DNA of 24,523 nt from Zygophlyctis sp. KS116 (Eukaryota; Fungi; Chytridiomycota): positions 1 to 24,523 of the forward strand of contig BAAFSQ010000149.1 of NCBI GenBank assembly GCA_054661495.1, written 5' to 3'. Position numbers and translations under genes: made by a program. The notes under the pieces are model-generated. The model saw only the letters and a program-made list of their open reading frames with translations, did no database searches and was not told where the DNA came from. This document shows positions 1-11,130 of the stretch, one piece after another. Each line of letters starts with the position of its first letter. Position 1 is the first letter of the stretch.

Positions 1-199
1 CTGAAAACAACTTACCCCCTTTGGAAACATACGACGCTGGCGATTTAGATATGCCTACTGACATAACAAATGATATATACCAAGATTTTCCCAGGGAACC
101 GATTGAAGCTGGTGATTCGGGTGTTCCAACAGAAACAGATGATTTCTCTGAAAACAACTTACCCCCTTTGGAAACATACGACGCTGGCGATTTAGATAT
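1..199 (+). repeat. Coding direct repeat, 147-bp period (49 aa)
   Basis: 1-52 (ctgaaaacaacttaccccctttggaaacatacgacgctggcgatttagatat) is identical to 148-199. Weaker half-period subunits: EPIEAGDSGVPTE, GTYEATESDVP. Confidence 0.9.
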
Positions 200-371
200 T
201 CCAACCGAAACTGAAAATTCTCGATTGAATGAGATTCTTTCAGCTGGGACTTACGAAGCAACTGAATCTGATGTACCCTACCAAGAAGATTACAAAATCA
301 GCGCGGGCTTTGTATGTTCAGATCCTATTACTTCGCTATTTACTATACTGATGTCAATTGTTATGATTTAA
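3..371 (+). CDS. 3' end of an acidic, repeat-rich protein with a putative GPI-anchor C-terminal signal (5' end outside window)
   Basis: Frame is open from the window edge (ENNLPPLETYDAGDLD...). D/E/T/P-rich repeats. Ends ...KISAGFVCSDPITSLFTILMSIVMI*, i.e. small residues (SAG), a spacer and a hydrophobic tail. Confidence 0.6.
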   Translation, partial: ENNLPPLETYDAGDLDMPTDITNDIYQDFPREPIEAGDSGVPTETDDFSENNLPPLETYDAGDLDIPTETENSRLNEILSAGTYEATESDVPYQEDYKISAGFVCSDPITSLFTILMSIVMI

Positions 372-970
372 AAACCTGAATAACAAATGCATAAAGACTG
401 ATTTTCTTTATTTTATTGAATAAATCAACCATATGATGAACCCCGTATATTGAAAACAGTTAGAATAACATGAATGATGGTTTTTAATAGCGTTTACACA
501 TATTTTTAATTGACTACTAATCAATTTTGGCAGATTTCTCCATTCACAACGTTTGGAACTTTTGTAGCGTTAATCATTTGTGTCGTGGTGTGTTCTGGAT
601 TCTAGCAATTAACCATAACCCACTAGTGGAGGAGGTTCGTTCCATCTTTCATTCGTAAATTCGAAAGAGGTTATTTTGCTTGAATGACTATTGATGCTGA
701 TGCAAGGCTATAAAACGTATGTATTCCGTAAAAAAAAGTTAAATTATAGAAATGACCAAAAAGGAGATATCTCATAGACTAGGAATGAGTGTTGCCCAGT
801 TTTTTGCTTATGAAAAAGATATTTTGAGTTGGGGATGATGCACTAAGATATGAAGTGAATCATATAATTTAAGGAACGAGTTGGAAAAATGTTGTGACAA
901 TTCTATCAGCTTAAATTAGCACTTCCCTACTGAAAATTCCAACTTGCTGATGCATTTAAATTCCGAGTTT

Positions 971-1740
971 GGGAAGGCATCTGGCCGGCCACCGCGGCGG
1001 AATTTCAGTAAATTAAAAAATAAAAAAATGCTCAAAATACATGAGTTGTGTAAGATGAAGATGCTCAATCGGTGTACGGTGAAAATGACGACATGGTGCT
1101 CAGTCCTTTAATTGAGATGATGTCCATTAATGAAAACCCTAATAATCTTCAAATTTTACTTGAGGAAACAAAAGCTTGCAAAACTCAAGAAAGAATTCTC
1201 CTATTAGAAAAAAAAAGAGTCTGAAACTTATTATATAATAATAACTTATTTTTAGTGATATTTCAAATTATTTACAAAGGGAAATTAATGAAGGATATGA
1301 ATTTAGTTTGAAAAAGAAAAATGAAACAACCTGGAACTACAAATGCTCTAAACTCACTGGTAAAAAATGCCCTGCAACATTAACTGTTAAAAGAGATGGT
1401 ATACTTAACAATGCCCTGGAAAGATGTAATAGGAAGATGAACGACGCAATAAGGGAAGCAATCATCCTGGTTACGAACAATTTGTGCAAATTATACGGTC
1501 AGATGCCATAGACTACGTGGACCGAGTACGACAAATTTTCGATATCAATGAACGAGTAATTGACCGTGATGATGTACCTCTAATTGAAATACCAAAGAAA
1601 TTTCAATAAAATACCTAACCTATTTCATGGTTTATATTAATAAATGAAGGGCGGAACCCATATTTAATTTAATGGGCTCATCCCATTTAATCCTGGCCCA
1701 AACTGGCCGTGGCCAGTAGTGGCCGGCCAAATTCCATACC
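971..1740 (+). mobile_element. Non-autonomous Mutator-like (MULE) deletion derivative with TIRs and TSD
   Basis: 22-bp TIRs at 971-992 and 1719-1740 match 18/22 ungapped. Flanks ccgagttt (963-970) and ctgagttt (1741-1748) match 7/8. Internal FLYWCH-like EGYEFSLKKKNETTWNYKCSKLTGKKCPATLTV is joined directly to MULE C-terminal LNNALERCNRKMND and (frameshifted) NHPGYEQFVQII. Confidence 0.8.
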
Positions 1741-4156
1741 CTGAGTTTCGAGTATCTTCAAAATAGTTAATTTATTATCTTTCAAATTTGACATTCCACA
1801 TTCTGCCACAGTATAGCCAGTAGTGATTCATTTTTCCTAAAGTTAATCAATTAAATGTACAATGCCTCTAAATCATATTGATTTGGAATTTTCAGGTTCA
1901 ATCATATTCTGGGATTACCATCGTTGGGATCATCTTGATCTCCTCAGTTGCGATTTCCAGGATAAAGGAATCAATAATGTCCAACTGCCTATCCAACCTA
2001 CTGCGCCCTTTCTATGCGTTCTTGAGAGAGATGCAAACTGTCTTGTAAATTCTTTTATTTCAACCTAAAAATTGAGAGACTGTACCAAAATTCTTAAGAT
2101 AGATACCCATTAAACAAATCATATTAAGAAGATAAAAATACTCCCATCAACAGTATATAATACTTTAATTGTAAATATTTGAAAATCCCAGTTTGTGTGC
2201 AACTCCTCATATTTAATACCTAGTGTCGCCCAGCCTGAAAAATCCTAGCCATAGTAATCAGGTAATCAGCTAAATTCCTAACCCTCCTACTTCACTACAG
2301 TTGAAAAGACTTTTAAAATATTTTGCAAGGTTGTTTCTCAAACGTTTTTGAAGTTTTTTAAAGAGACCAATTCACAATTCGGCAAAAGTTATCAATTAAA
2401 TTTTATATAGTAAGTATATCAACGATTTTGAAGAAGGCAGATAACATTACTAATTAAATCAGGCAGAATGCAATTTAAAAAATTCACTTGAAATTGGACT
2501 TGCCCAACTTTTCTACTGAACTCCAAATTACACCGAAGAAGAAATAATTAAGTGAAAAATCTTACAATTTTTAACAAACCTAACCTAGATATACCTAAAA
2601 GTTCGCTGATTTGGATTTGTATAACGCATCAAGCTTTTTCTAGTAGAATCTGAGTAGACGGCATGGTATCGCAGAGGTTATAACCCTTTTTTCTCGGAAT
2701 CGGTCAAACAACCAAAACAGTGATCTAGCAAGAATTGTAAAGCTCCTAATATGTCAACATTACACACGCAGGAAAGAGGTCTCTAAATACGTGCGTTAGT
2801 TAGTGAGGGTTTAGGTTGAAAATATCAATAACTGACTGACAAAAGTAGCAATTGCAAGAGGTACAGAGATTCTTTAGTATTAAAATTATCTGAAGACATT
2901 CAGGGGCAATTGCTGAAAGAGAGATAAGAATTTAAATTAGTATTATGAATAACCCTTATTAAATGACCAATTTGGAAAGTCAATTTCAAATCCCTCTTCA
3001 TGGATATATCCCATTCATATAACTCTTTGGTTTGTAGACAATCAACAAAATAATGAAGCTTTATCGTACTCATTAGGTTATTTAATGGATTAGTCAATGT
3101 ATTTTCAAATAGAGTAATCTATGACAACACTTTGGGTTAGAGACGCACATACGCTCAAAAATTTTCTTGTGAGGCCTTTTTTACTGTCTCATGCACACAA
3201 CTCACTTATAAAAACACTAAATACAGGAATCTTTTGATCTTTCCTATGATGAAGAAACTTTTTAAATGAATCCAAGTATTTGCATGATGAAGCTTCAGAC
3301 AATTGGGACGCATCTTTTCAATCAAATGGTTCTAATCTGATTGATGATGGTAAACTTATTCAATTGGTTGCAATTAATTTTCGAAATATAACTAAAAGTT
3401 TATTTGCAACAAAATCTGATGCTAAATAAGTGGTATTTTGCATCCTGGTCAACGTAGTCCAATTTAGAACTTTGTTAACTCATTGTAAAGATTACAACAT
3501 CTTGGACAACATACTGAAAACTCAGACACTGAACAAAGTAAAGTACCTTGATATAATAATTTGCTTTCTATATAGCCCTTTTTCTAAAATATTTTTTGAC
3601 TTCCATTTTTGTATTTTCCCTTTAATAAGCAACATAATCAGGTATTATCATTTTATTCTTTCTCTAGATAGTTATCTTTATTCAATTCAAGTGCAAATAT
3701 GTTGTCCTAGCCTTCAAGATAAGCAAGATAGAGGAGATGTGACACAGAGCATCTCCGGCTCAGATGTTCAAAGAGCTGAACTCTATAAAATACATATATT
3801 CATAAGCTCCATATAGTATTAAAAATATTTTGGATGAATCTAATTACAGTTTGACCGAAATAGAAATATCGCAAAGAAATATGTGTTTTACTACAGATTT
3901 TGTTAAATTGGATTCATAATAGATATTCGTCGATTCTGTGGAAGGAACCTCCAGATCGTGCAATGACACGTCATCCACAATAAGAAGAACGTAATGCATA
4001 CGTCACCTCTTTCATAGGTAATTAAGAAAGCTTTTAATCTCATCTAGGTGATTAAGATTAAAAGAGAAAGAGAATCAAGAGATCAAAAGGAAATAAATTT
4101 ATTACAAGGAGCTATAAGGTTTGCAGAGTTTTACAGATTAATAGTCGAAGCAAAAG

Positions 4157-6393
4157 ATGAAAGAAGAAAAAGTTCTGTTTGATGGAGACAATTATGAAGA
4201 GTTTCACATGAATCTAGTTGATCATTTGAAATCTAAAAAGCTATAGAAAACAATCAGAAAGGCAAGACCAGAAATGGAATGGCATCGTACTTTGGGTCAT
4301 ATGAATTACGATGACATATTAAAACTTGAAATAGTGGTAGAAGACATGAAAATAGAAGAAAAAGTACGAAGTGACTGTATAGTTTGCTTGATTAGCAAAA
4401 GCACAAAATATGGATTCAACAGGAAAACCTTCTATCCAAACGAGAAGGATCAATTTTTATCAGCTGGATGTTGGATTCATTGACGGGGTACCATTCATTT
4501 GCTTCAACGATCATTACAGCGATTGTACACACACTGCGTTCATGAAACGGAAGGGCGAAGCCGCAGAGGAATTAAAGAAATATCTTGACTTTATCAAATC
4601 GCAGTATGATATATAGTTAAAACCTTAAAATCTGACGGTGGACCAGAGTACAGGGGTGCTTTTGATAAAGAGTGTACTGAACAAGACATACAACATTTAA
4701 TAACTACAGCCTATACTAAGGAACAATTAGGAAGGGGGGAGAGAGGAAATGGCAGCATGCATGTTAAATGACAGTGAGCTACCAGCCGAAAAATATAGTA
4801 GAGATGCAATGCTATATGCGACCTACATCAGAAATCGAGCCCCTAAAAGCATAGATGGAAAGCTTATAACACCTGTTGAGGCGTTTACTGGCAAAAGACT
4901 AAAGTTTACAAATTTAAAGAGATTCGGTGAGATTTGTTGCACGGTAAGGGACAAAATACAACGAAGAGATCGTCACACGTTGGTTCCAAAGGCCGATCAG
5001 AGTATATTTATGGGGTTAGATCCTATGGGTTACATAGTTGAACTACCTTCAGGGAGACGGATTACCTCTTGCCATGTAAAGTTTATGAAGAGAAATCCGA
5101 TGGTTAATTCTACCCCTAAATTTGATGACGATGACTCATCAGAGGAGGAGGAGGAAGTGAAAAATCCTGATAGAAGGGAAAATGATGACGATAATGAGGG
5201 GTCAGAGGAAACATTTGAAACTCCTTGCACAAGTCCAAAAACAACAAAGCCAGCAGAACTTGGCTATGATTACCAAGAAAGAGTCAAATGCCACCCAAGG
5301 ACATCAATTTGAATGTGCCTTTGGAGAACATCGTTTGAGAATTAGATAAAAGAACGACGAGAAAAAATCCAACTGCAAATTTGTTTACAACATGCCCTAC
5401 TCCCTCTACTTACCATGAAACCATTTCAGGTAAGAAAGCAAAAGAGTGGAATGCGGCAATTAAAGCTGAATTATCCCAATTAACAATGAATGGTACTTTT
5501 GGACAACCAGAGCCATTGCCCCAAGATCGTAAAGCAGTTAAGAGCAAATGGGTATTTAAAACAAAATATCTCCAAGATAACTCAATTGATAAATATAAAA
5601 CGAGATTGTGTGCGAAGGGGTACACACAGAAAGAAGGGATGGATTTTGAGGACATCGTTGCACCAGTGGTGTCCTTTATAAGTTTAAGGATTATTTTAAG
5701 CATGGCAGTGAAATTGGACTTCAGTATTACTGTGTATGATATAACAGGAGCTTATCTTTATCCGTATTTAGATAAAGAATTATATATGGAAATACCTTTG
5801 GGATTTAAAGGGGCATATAAGGAAGGGGACATCCTAAAATAACTCAAGGGATTTATGGACTGAAACATAGTGGAAAACTCTGGTATGAAAATTTAAAAGA
5901 TACATTGATGGATATGAATTTCTCTCAAAGTCTCTTTGATGGCGGTGTTTATTTTAAGAATACTTGAAAGGTTAACTATTTATCAAGAAAGATACATTAA
6001 CGAGAAAGTAACGAAATTCAATTTAGAGACCTCTAAGGATGAAAAAATTCCTTTGTCGGAAGGATTCGATGTTAGCAATGAGGAAGAAATTGAAAGAGAT
6101 GTTCCTTATTTAGAACTCATTGGCTAGGATACGCAGCTAAAACAAGCAGACCAGATATCGCTTTTGCCTTCGGATATCTTTCTAGATATAGTCATAAAGT
6201 CTCCAAAGCATCATGGGAAGGTGCAAAACGCACGTTAAAGTATTTGAAGATGACAATGAGTTGTCAAAGATAGAAATTTTGAATAATGGGATATTCGGAT
6301 GCTTCATTCAATCACGATAGAAATATAAGAATTGCAGGACATGTTATACTACTGAGAAATCATTTAATTCACTGGCGCTCAAGAAAGCAGGCC
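4157..6393 (+). mobile_element. Degenerate Ty1/copia gag-pol relic (gag N-terminus, integrase, RT, RNase H start)
   Basis: FDGDNYEEF..L*KTI (gag N-term); WHRTLGH..CIVC; KSDGGPEY..TAYTKEQLGRGER (integrase core); KSKWVFKTK, KTRLCAKGYTQ, APVV, DITGAYL, IYGLKHSG (RT); RPDIAF; GYSDASF..IHWRSRKQ (RNase H). IN-RT-RH order is copia-type. Multiple stops, frameshifts and deletions. Confidence 0.93.
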
Positions 6394-6394
6394 A

Positions 6395-6880
6395 TTCCCT
6401 GGATCGAGGATAGTATTTCTTCGGCTTGGATACCGAAAAAACATTGTGAATTTTTGAAGTTACAGGGAGTTCAAGAGTAACATTTAAGCCATCTACAGAT
6501 AGAACTTTAAAAGGTCCGAGCCATGGGGATAACAATTTGTTGGAGCTCTGAGATTACCAGTTAATTCCGTCACGCAACAGTAAGGCTCAATTTCCAACTT
6601 CCAATTGAGAAGGAGGACGATTGCAATTTTATAGTCGTGCCTGTCTTTACAATGAGGCCTGTTCAAGGAAATAAGCCCAGTTAGGAGGTTTTGAGAAGTA
6701 AGAGAATTAGTATGCTGCCCTAAACAAGATGTAAGGGGGTGAAACTTGTGCTGAGATTAATTGAGTCATTTAAAACCACTTAATTTGGTCCAATTTTTAA
6801 GACTCTAACAACATCATAAGCTTTTTTTACTGTGCGTATTGTTCTTTCCACCTGCCCATTGGTCTGTTGGTGGCTAGCGA
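6395..6880 (-). mobile_element. Ty3/gypsy integrase C-terminal fragment (copy A)
   Basis: SHQQTNGQVERTIRT; LNDSINLSTSFTPY; KLLSPWLGPFKV (GPY/F motif); LELP..IHNVFSVSKPKKY. Abuts the truncated copia RNase H. Confidence 0.88.
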
Positions 6881-7284
6881 AAGAATATTTGACAATTCAA
6901 TCCATGAATCACTTTCCTAGAGCTTCTTATCACCCAAAATCTAACGGAACCCTCAAATTCTTCGCACGAGTTTTCTAAACATTTATCTTCGCAGAAATTA
7001 AAGTGATCCATACTTCTGAATAAATACCTTTGAACGATTGCCCCCTTCCATTCTAAATTGTTCAACTACAAATGTAAATTTTCTATGCATATTCATGGCG
7101 GTAAAATGGATAAATATCAGAGACGAGAAAACAACTTTCAAAGCTAGGGTTTCGACCAGTTGTTGTTGTATCTCCGCCATCAGTCCACCGCATATATCTT
7201 CATCATCTTGTTCAGCTCATTGAATTTTAAGCATGAAAACTTGTCGTCGTCTTTGTTTTCGAGAGCAACCGCAGCTGTGTCATC

Positions 7285-8120
7285 ACCCGGACATAGATTA
7301 CATCGCGTTTTGGCAGAATCATTGAAGCATGCCTTTTTGCAAGGTTTTGGTTATGTTCAATTTTTGTTTGGCCCAATCTTGATGTAACTTGGAAACGGAT
7401 GAAGGTCCAAGAGACTGTGGGTGTTCGCCAAATAGACCGTATATCCGGTGGAACAAATAACGGAGTCATTGAGATTAAATTCAAGTGTAGATAGAATCTG
7501 GGGCCACTGATTTGCAGTAAGTTTCCTTTCGTCTAATAAGGCTAGTAGCATTGTTTTAATTGTGCGAATCGTACGTTCGACCTACCCATTTGTTTGTTGA
7601 TGGCGAGCTGTAGCGAGATTTCTAGAAATATTCAAGCTTTGACAAAGATCGTCCCAGATAGCGCTGGTTAATTTAGTATCCCGATCGGATATGATGACAT
7701 CAGGAATACCAAATCCAACATCGTGCCAAGAGTGTTTGAACTTTTCACCCATAATTTTGGACGAATCGGAGAGCTGCAAGGGAATATGTTTAACAAATTT
7801 TGACAAGTAGTCGACTATTATCATAATTTGTTAAACTGACTGAGATTTTTGGAGGAAAAACCAGTCAATGACGCTGGTTCGAAATCTAGAAGCAGGAATG
7901 GCTATACTGTGAAGGAGACCGTCTGGCTTAGAATTTCGATGCTTGAAACATTGGGTGAGGTCGCAGGTTTTGATAAAGGAACCGACATTTTTTTCATTTG
8001 GGGCCAGCTATAGAATCTTTGTATTTTCTTTGTAATTGCGTCAAAATCTTAGCTTGGTGTCCTTGATCATGAAACTGCTGTATTAAATGATTCTGTGCCT
8101 TACAGTCGTCGGTCAGATCA
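7285..8120 (-). mobile_element. Ty3/gypsy integrase fragment (copy B)
   Basis: FHDQGH..SWP..FIKTCD (HHCC region); KPDGLLHSIAIP; IIVDYLSKF; GIPDVIISDRDTKLTSAIW; ARHQQTNG*VERTIRT; FNLNDSVICSTGYT. Confidence 0.9.
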
Positions 8121-8123
8121 ACC

Positions 8124-8255
8124 TGTTGAAATCTAGGGTTTCATTCAGTAGATTATTCATGATATCTATAAATAGATATGCTATTTATAGATTACTACTA
8201 TAAATAGCGCACTACTATTAATAGATTCTTCTACCTTTTTCCAATAACTTCAACA
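8124..8255 (+). mobile_element. Short (132 bp) 5' LTR of a copia element
   Basis: Starts TGTTGAA and ends TTCAACA (7-bp terminal inverted repeat). Contains TATAAATAG twice. Followed immediately by PBS and gag ATG. A similar sequence occurs at ~14690-14770. Confidence 0.8.
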
Positions 8256-8269
8256 CGTTTTCAGCGCCA
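8256..8269 (+). promoter_or_regulatory. Putative primer-binding site complementary to the tRNA-Ile(IAU) anticodon arm
   Basis: cgttttcagcgcca directly after the LTR end. Second copy cgatatcagcacca at 14772-14785. The two copies are compatible with ancestral CGTTATCAGCACCA. Confidence 0.6.
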
Positions 8270-9085
8270 ATGTCTCAATCTACTCCCCCACCAGCACCGT
8301 CCCAAGCTATTGCATCATCTTCTGATCCAAGTCCCTCTTCCATCAAACTTTCTTTCGAACCCAAACTCGTTGGACAAGAGACTTTCTTTCAATGGAAATT
8401 CATGCTAAAGGTTATTCTACTTGCTTCAAATCTCTGGGATTCTCCCGATGATTCTCCAAAGAATGAGCCTCTAGCATTGCTCGCCATCACTTCAAATGTC
8501 TCTGAAGGAGTTCGATCCTTTCTGATCGATGCTACCACCGCTAAACAGTGCTGCATCATTCTTAAAACAAAGTACGCGTCCAAATCTATCCCCACTCAAA
8601 TTCAAACTATAAAGGAACTGTGCGCTTTCTCTTTTGTTTCTGGTAACTTCCAAAACGGGTTTACTAAACTCAGAGACCTTATTCGTACCTTTAAAGCCGC
8701 CAATGAGGAAAGCGAAACGATTAAATTTTCAACACTTGTTGCCCTCATTGCACTTTCCGCCCTACCAGCCGATTTTTCTTCCATTCGAACGGTACATCAG
8801 AAACAGTCAACTTCTGCCTTAAAAGTTCAAGCAAAACATATGGATAAAAAATTTCAGCACAATTCCTCCTGCTGGACATGTCATCCTGAAATGGCCCCGA
8901 TATGTGTAATTGGCCGTGGTCAAGGCCTAAGACGTTTTAAACACAAGCAATTTTCTCACGTATGCCCCCAACCTAAACAAGATCATGCAAATGTGGCTTT
9001 CACCGCACATAACGTGTTTAACAACACCTTCTCATGGATCCTGGATTCTGGTGCCACACAGCACATGTGTCATGGTAAATGCTAG
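8270..9085 (+). mobile_element. Ty1/copia gag plus aspartic protease start (truncated)
   Basis: KLVGQETFFQWKFMLKVILLASNLWD (gag N-term); DATTAKQCCIILKTKY; H..CWTCHPE knuckle-like segment; WILDSGATQHMC protease motif, then a stop. Confidence 0.9.
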
Positions 9086-9602
9086 TTAGGCATCCCAAAT
9101 CCAAAGAGTAATCCTTTTATTCGGCTTGTGAAAAAGATAATGGCGGATCGATCAAGACCTTCTTATAATAATTTTGTTTCAACTATTTGCTTGAAAAACA
9201 AGAGCACAAGCCTGGAGTTAACGAGGCAGTCATCTTTGAGCAACGTTCGATTCAAAAAAGTTTTAGCTTCATGAGCATCCTGAAGAAGAGAAAATAATTA
9301 AAGTCTCCTTAATGAATACGACTTCCGAACCCCTAACCTTAGAGCTGCTAGAGATGTCTTACCTTTTTAGATTGAAATTCAAATTCTCACGCTTTAAAAA
9401 CGTTTTTAAACATCGAACTTCTGGTCAGGGAACAGTTTCTCTACGACCTCAGCTAAAAGAATCAAGAATCTATGATGGAATAAGTCATTGGTCAAATAAT
9501 TTTATTTACTGAATACTTTTTTTCCTCCAAAGCGAGTCACGACTGGGTCACCCCTAAAATTTTACTGGTGGTGAGACTGAGAGATATTATCCGATTTCCG
9601 AA

Positions 9603-11130
9603 ATGGCAGCCCAAGAAAGGGTCGAAAGGGGTATAAATGTAAGTCCAAATACTAAGTGCATTAGAATCTCATGATGGAGACGAATGCAAGGCTTCAACTA
9701 AGGGCTTTGGAATACTCTACAGAAAATTCTAACACAAGAAAGCAATATGACCGATATTAGGGCCCAAAGAAAAACTCTAGTGGTACAAAATCCAGAACTC
9801 ATTCAAAATTTGGATGCCCTAAACCCATCAGAATGTGTTAAAGGCATTGCGACAGTAAAACAGTATGTAACTTCCATCGTGGACCTATGGGAGCAGGTGA
9901 AATTAAGTAGTAAAACTTATCACTAGCAGAGACAATTTGAGAATAATTTACATCCTCACCCAAGAACTAAGGCAGTAAAAATATTTCTTGATAGACTCAC
10001 TATAGATTGATGCAGGAAACAATGTTTTTTATCATGCAGTAAAATTTATCACTGAGAAAGGCAAAATGAATAAGTTCAAAATGACATTGATGAAAGGAAT
10101 GCTCAGGTAGGAAATTAAATTAAATTATAAGACATAGAAATATTGATTTGTGCCCTGTTAGTGCTCTTGCATTGCATTTACTTCATCGTTTTCACATCCA
10201 GAAAGAAAAACGACCGGAATTCGCAGACCGCTCTCTATGGTAGAACAGAATGATATTAAAGGTAAGGTAAGCATTATGAGTATTTAGATTATAGGGACAT
10301 GGTCTACAAGAAAAAAAATATGAAAAGCAGAGAGAATATATTCTTAAAGGTTACAAAGCCTTTGACGTAAATTGTAACAAGTAGGTTTCATAATAAACTA
10401 TTAGGTAAGTCATGTTGGGAGAGCACGTGGAGCCATAGATTTAGCTCATGCAGGTGTTTCTCAATCAGCAATTGAACGAATGGGGTTTTGGGGTCTAGAT
10501 GCTTTGAATGGTTCATATTTGAGTAAAGTTCTACCAGTGGAGTGTCTCCACGTTTTGGCAGGCTATTCAAAAGACGAGTCCTATTTTTTACACAGAAGTG
10601 TCATCCAGCCACCGCAGGAGCTGCAGGAAGAGATTTTTCCCTGGATAAATAAGTTGGAGAAAGATTGTAAAACTAGTATTGAACAAAACGGTACAGAATA
10701 CTCAGGTAAGCACAATTTTTTTACACACTAAGGCCTTGGACTAAAAAAAATACTCAGGTTTCTTAGGATAGTAATTTTACAAGATGCAGCTATTTATCTA
10801 AGCCAAGAACTGGCATTTTGATGTGGCCGTGTTCAAGTCTGAGATATTTAAAGCGTTTGCTAGGACTCTAGGAGCTGGTATGGAGGAAGCTCAAATCCCT
10901 AGGAACGAATTACTAGAAAGGGTAAAACCCACACAATTTATAAATAGGCAGTTCCTGCACTTAAACAAAGTCTTGATGCAATTCAACAAACTTTGCTGCT
11001 AGGCGAACATGCTCGTGCTAGCATGTCACTCTCAGTTGAGCAGCAGTGCCTTGTCAATGATTTCCGTAATTGGCGAGAAGTCCAGTCTTTCCTCAAGATG
11101 TGTGGTGTCTGGTCTGACAGAAATTTGTTT
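9603..11130 (+). pseudogene. Crypton / NDC10-domain-II-like tyrosine recombinase, intron-containing, decayed
   Basis: After splicing: NTRKQY; TVKQYVTSIVDLWEQQ..NLHPHPR; GKMNKF..LRHRNIDLCPVSALALHLLHRF; PEF..W; VSHVGRARGA (HxxR)..IERMGFW..NGSYL (W, catalytic Y)..LPVE..LAGY; IFPW; LRIVILQDAA. The Box-I Arg region appears deleted near 10000. Confidence 0.87.
9639..10947 (+). other. Series of ultra-short GT-AG introns: 9639-9664 (26 nt), 9897-9926 (30), 10107-10131 (25), 10262-10294 (33), ~10381-10404 (24), 10706-10732 (27), 10922-10947 (26)
   Basis: Each is an AT-rich GT...AG segment whose removal eliminates a stop or frameshift and rejoins conserved Crypton motifs. The 10381 case additionally needs a 1-nt deletion. 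Confidence 0.78.

Noticed and set aside
2600-3816. ORF 3430-3816 and nearby coding-like stretches as a host gene
   Set aside because: Interrupted by stops, no recognisable motif, and the 3' half runs through AT-rich, probably non-coding sequence.
3700-4050. Possible 5' LTR (TGTTG at 3700, TATAAAA ~3784) and PBS of the 4157 copia
   Set aside because: No matching CAACA end, second LTR copy or convincing PBS was found.
6905-6960. Plus-strand ASYHPKSNG resembling an integrase motif
   Set aside because: No flanking integrase residues in any frame; probably chance.
9603-11130. Functional domesticated centromere protein Ndc10 or Gcr1-like factor
   Set aside because: In-frame stops, frameshifts and internal deletions, and no GCR1_C domain recognised. 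Treated as a dead Crypton.
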